Positions 13,256-14,235 of a stretch of 14,235 bases of DNA are shown here, piece after piece; position 1 is the stretch's first letter, and each line of letters opens with the position of its first letter. Source of the stretch: Candidatus Nanopusillus sp. (GTDB lineage Archaea > Nanobdellota > Nanobdellia > Nanobdellales > Nanobdellaceae); assembly GCA_036845085.1 (NCBI GenBank), contig DAIUEN010000015.1:1-14235 (forward strand), written 5' to 3'. A program made the translations under genes and the position numbers. A model generated the notes under the pieces. The model saw nothing but the letters and a program-made list of their open reading frames with translations. It did no database searches and was not told the origin of the DNA.

Positions 13256-14235
13256 ATGAAAAAAATAGTTTATTTCTTAATCTCTATATTTTTACTATAT
13301 AACATATATTCGTTGCAAATAAATGTTACAAAGATAGCTCCATTAGTAATTAGTAAAGATAGTAAAGTAAGCTTAAATGTATGTTTAGTAAATAATGATA
13401 TATCTAGTAGTGAATTAATTTATTTAGATATTTACTATCCAGAGTGTATAATTTCTAATACAACTTCTCTTTATATTTCTAATTTAGGGTCAAATAATTA
13501 TTACTGTACAGGATTAGATTTATATGTAAAATGTGTTCTGGGGGTATACTATTTAACAATAAATGGCTCTTATACGAATAAGAATGGAAATAATAAGATA
13601 TCTTATGTATATCCAATAACTGTTCAAGATTTTTCGTATATAACTATTAATGTTTATCAGTATCATAATAATTACTATGGTAGCACTGCAGATCTTGTGT
13701 TAAATATAACAAATCACGGACCAGAAGTATATGATTTATTTATACAAGCTAATTATTCTGCTTGTTCTTTAAATCCATCTTCTTTATATTTAAATAATTT
13801 ATCTAGTTCTATATTATCAAACTTTAAATTATTTATACCATCCAACTATCAGAGTAATTATTGTATAATTCCATTACAAATAGTTTATAGAGATTTTTTA
13901 GGAAATATTAACAACTATTCTACTTTTATTAGTGTACCCATTCAGTCATTGAATAATCAAATACAAGTTTTTTATGATATAAACTATCTTAATTTTGGAG
14001 AAAATATAATAAATATAAAGTTGTATAATCCAACAATATTTGATATAAATGATATTATAATTACTTTTGGAAAAACGAATATCTCTATAGTTAATAGTAC
14101 TGTATATATAAAAAATTTACCTTCTGGACAATATTTTGATGTACCTATAATTGCAATTGTAGATAATAAAGTTTATGGAACAATTAATATTCCTTATAAT
14201 ATTCAATATTACTTAAACTCTGTACTCTATAACAT
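13256..14235 (+). CDS. Secreted/cell-surface protein with at least 3 tandem CARDB/COG1361-like (S-layer-domain-like) repeats; 3' end outside the window
   Basis: This gene is not in the supplied ORF track because it has no stop. I translated it by hand from the ATG at 13256, and the frame stays open for 326 codons to the window end. It has an N-terminal signal or anchor sequence (MKKIVYFLISIFLLYNIYS). Three modules of about 100 aa follow, each with the pattern (V/I)xLN(I/V)x(L/T)xN..., then (S/T)(L/V)Y(I/L)xNL, then Y.IP(L/Y).I.Y. There are many N-x-S/T sequons and paired Cys. Its position right after a COG1136-type ATPase is typical for COG1361 proteins. Confidence 0.7.
   Translation, partial: MKKIVYFLISIFLLYNIYSLQINVTKIAPLVISKDSKVSLNVCLVNNDISSSELIYLDIYYPECIISNTTSLYISNLGSNNYYCTGLDLYVKCVLGVYYLTINGSYTNKNGNNKISYVYPITVQDFSYITINVYQYHNNYYGSTADLVLNITNHGPEVYDLFIQANYSACSLNPSSLYLNNLSSSILSNFKLFIPSNYQSNYCIIPLQIVYRDFLGNINNYSTFISVPIQSLNNQIQVFYDINYLNFGENIINIKLYNPTIFDINDIIITFGKTNISIVNSTVYIKNLPSGQYFDVPIIAIVDNKVYGTINIPYNIQYYLNSVLYN

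Noticed and set aside
1-14235. CRISPR arrays, IS elements or transposases, integrases, toxin-antitoxin systems or other defence systems; also split housekeeping genes.
   Set aside because: The only short-period or interspaced repeats are the single 133-bp pair. No ORF shows transposase, integrase, nuclease-defence or toxin motifs that I can recognise. HisRS, GlyRS, ApgM and RNase J all appear full length with N- and C-terminal motifs present.

Overview
This is an extremely AT-rich (about 25% GC by eye), very tightly packed archaeal chromosome segment with 17 protein genes and one tRNA. Most are housekeeping genes I recognise from motifs: HisRS, ribosomal proteins uL15, eL19, uL22 and uS3, archaeal-type cofactor-independent phosphoglycerate mutase (ApgM), a GT35 alpha-glucan phosphorylase, class-II GlyRS, a beta-CASP RNase J, and a MacB/LolD-type ABC ATPase. 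The left edge carries a partial PAP2 phosphatase. The right edge carries a partial multi-repeat surface protein that is missing from the ORF track because it has no stop in the window. A roughly 2-kb islet (2582-4525) sits between the two ribosomal gene pairs. It holds small secreted or membrane-anchored proteins: a 10-Cys protein, a DUF4234-like protein with a Q/Y/G/P tail, and three overlapping paralogous sequon-rich proteins, plus tRNA-Glu(CUC). Four features point to a hyperthermophilic, genome-reduced archaeon, most plausibly Nanoarchaeota/DPANN (Nanopusillus- or Nanobsidianus-like); this placement is inference, not a search result. The features are a roughly 65% GC tRNA in an AT-rich background, ribosomal operons broken into isolated pairs, pervasive gene overlaps, and TATA-like boxes 25-30 nt upstream of start codons with no Shine-Dalgarno sequences. 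I see no CRISPR array, IS element, integrase or recognisable defence or toxin system. Items worth a second look: (1) a 133-bp, 97% identical direct repeat occupying the two longest intergenic spacers; (2) the three-gene cassette of small surface proteins that abuts the tRNA; (3) a roughly 130-aa insertion, and a second smaller one, in GlyRS; (4) Arg in place of the PLP Schiff-base Lys in the phosphorylase; (5) the ABC ATPase plus CARDB/COG1361-like repeat protein at the right edge.
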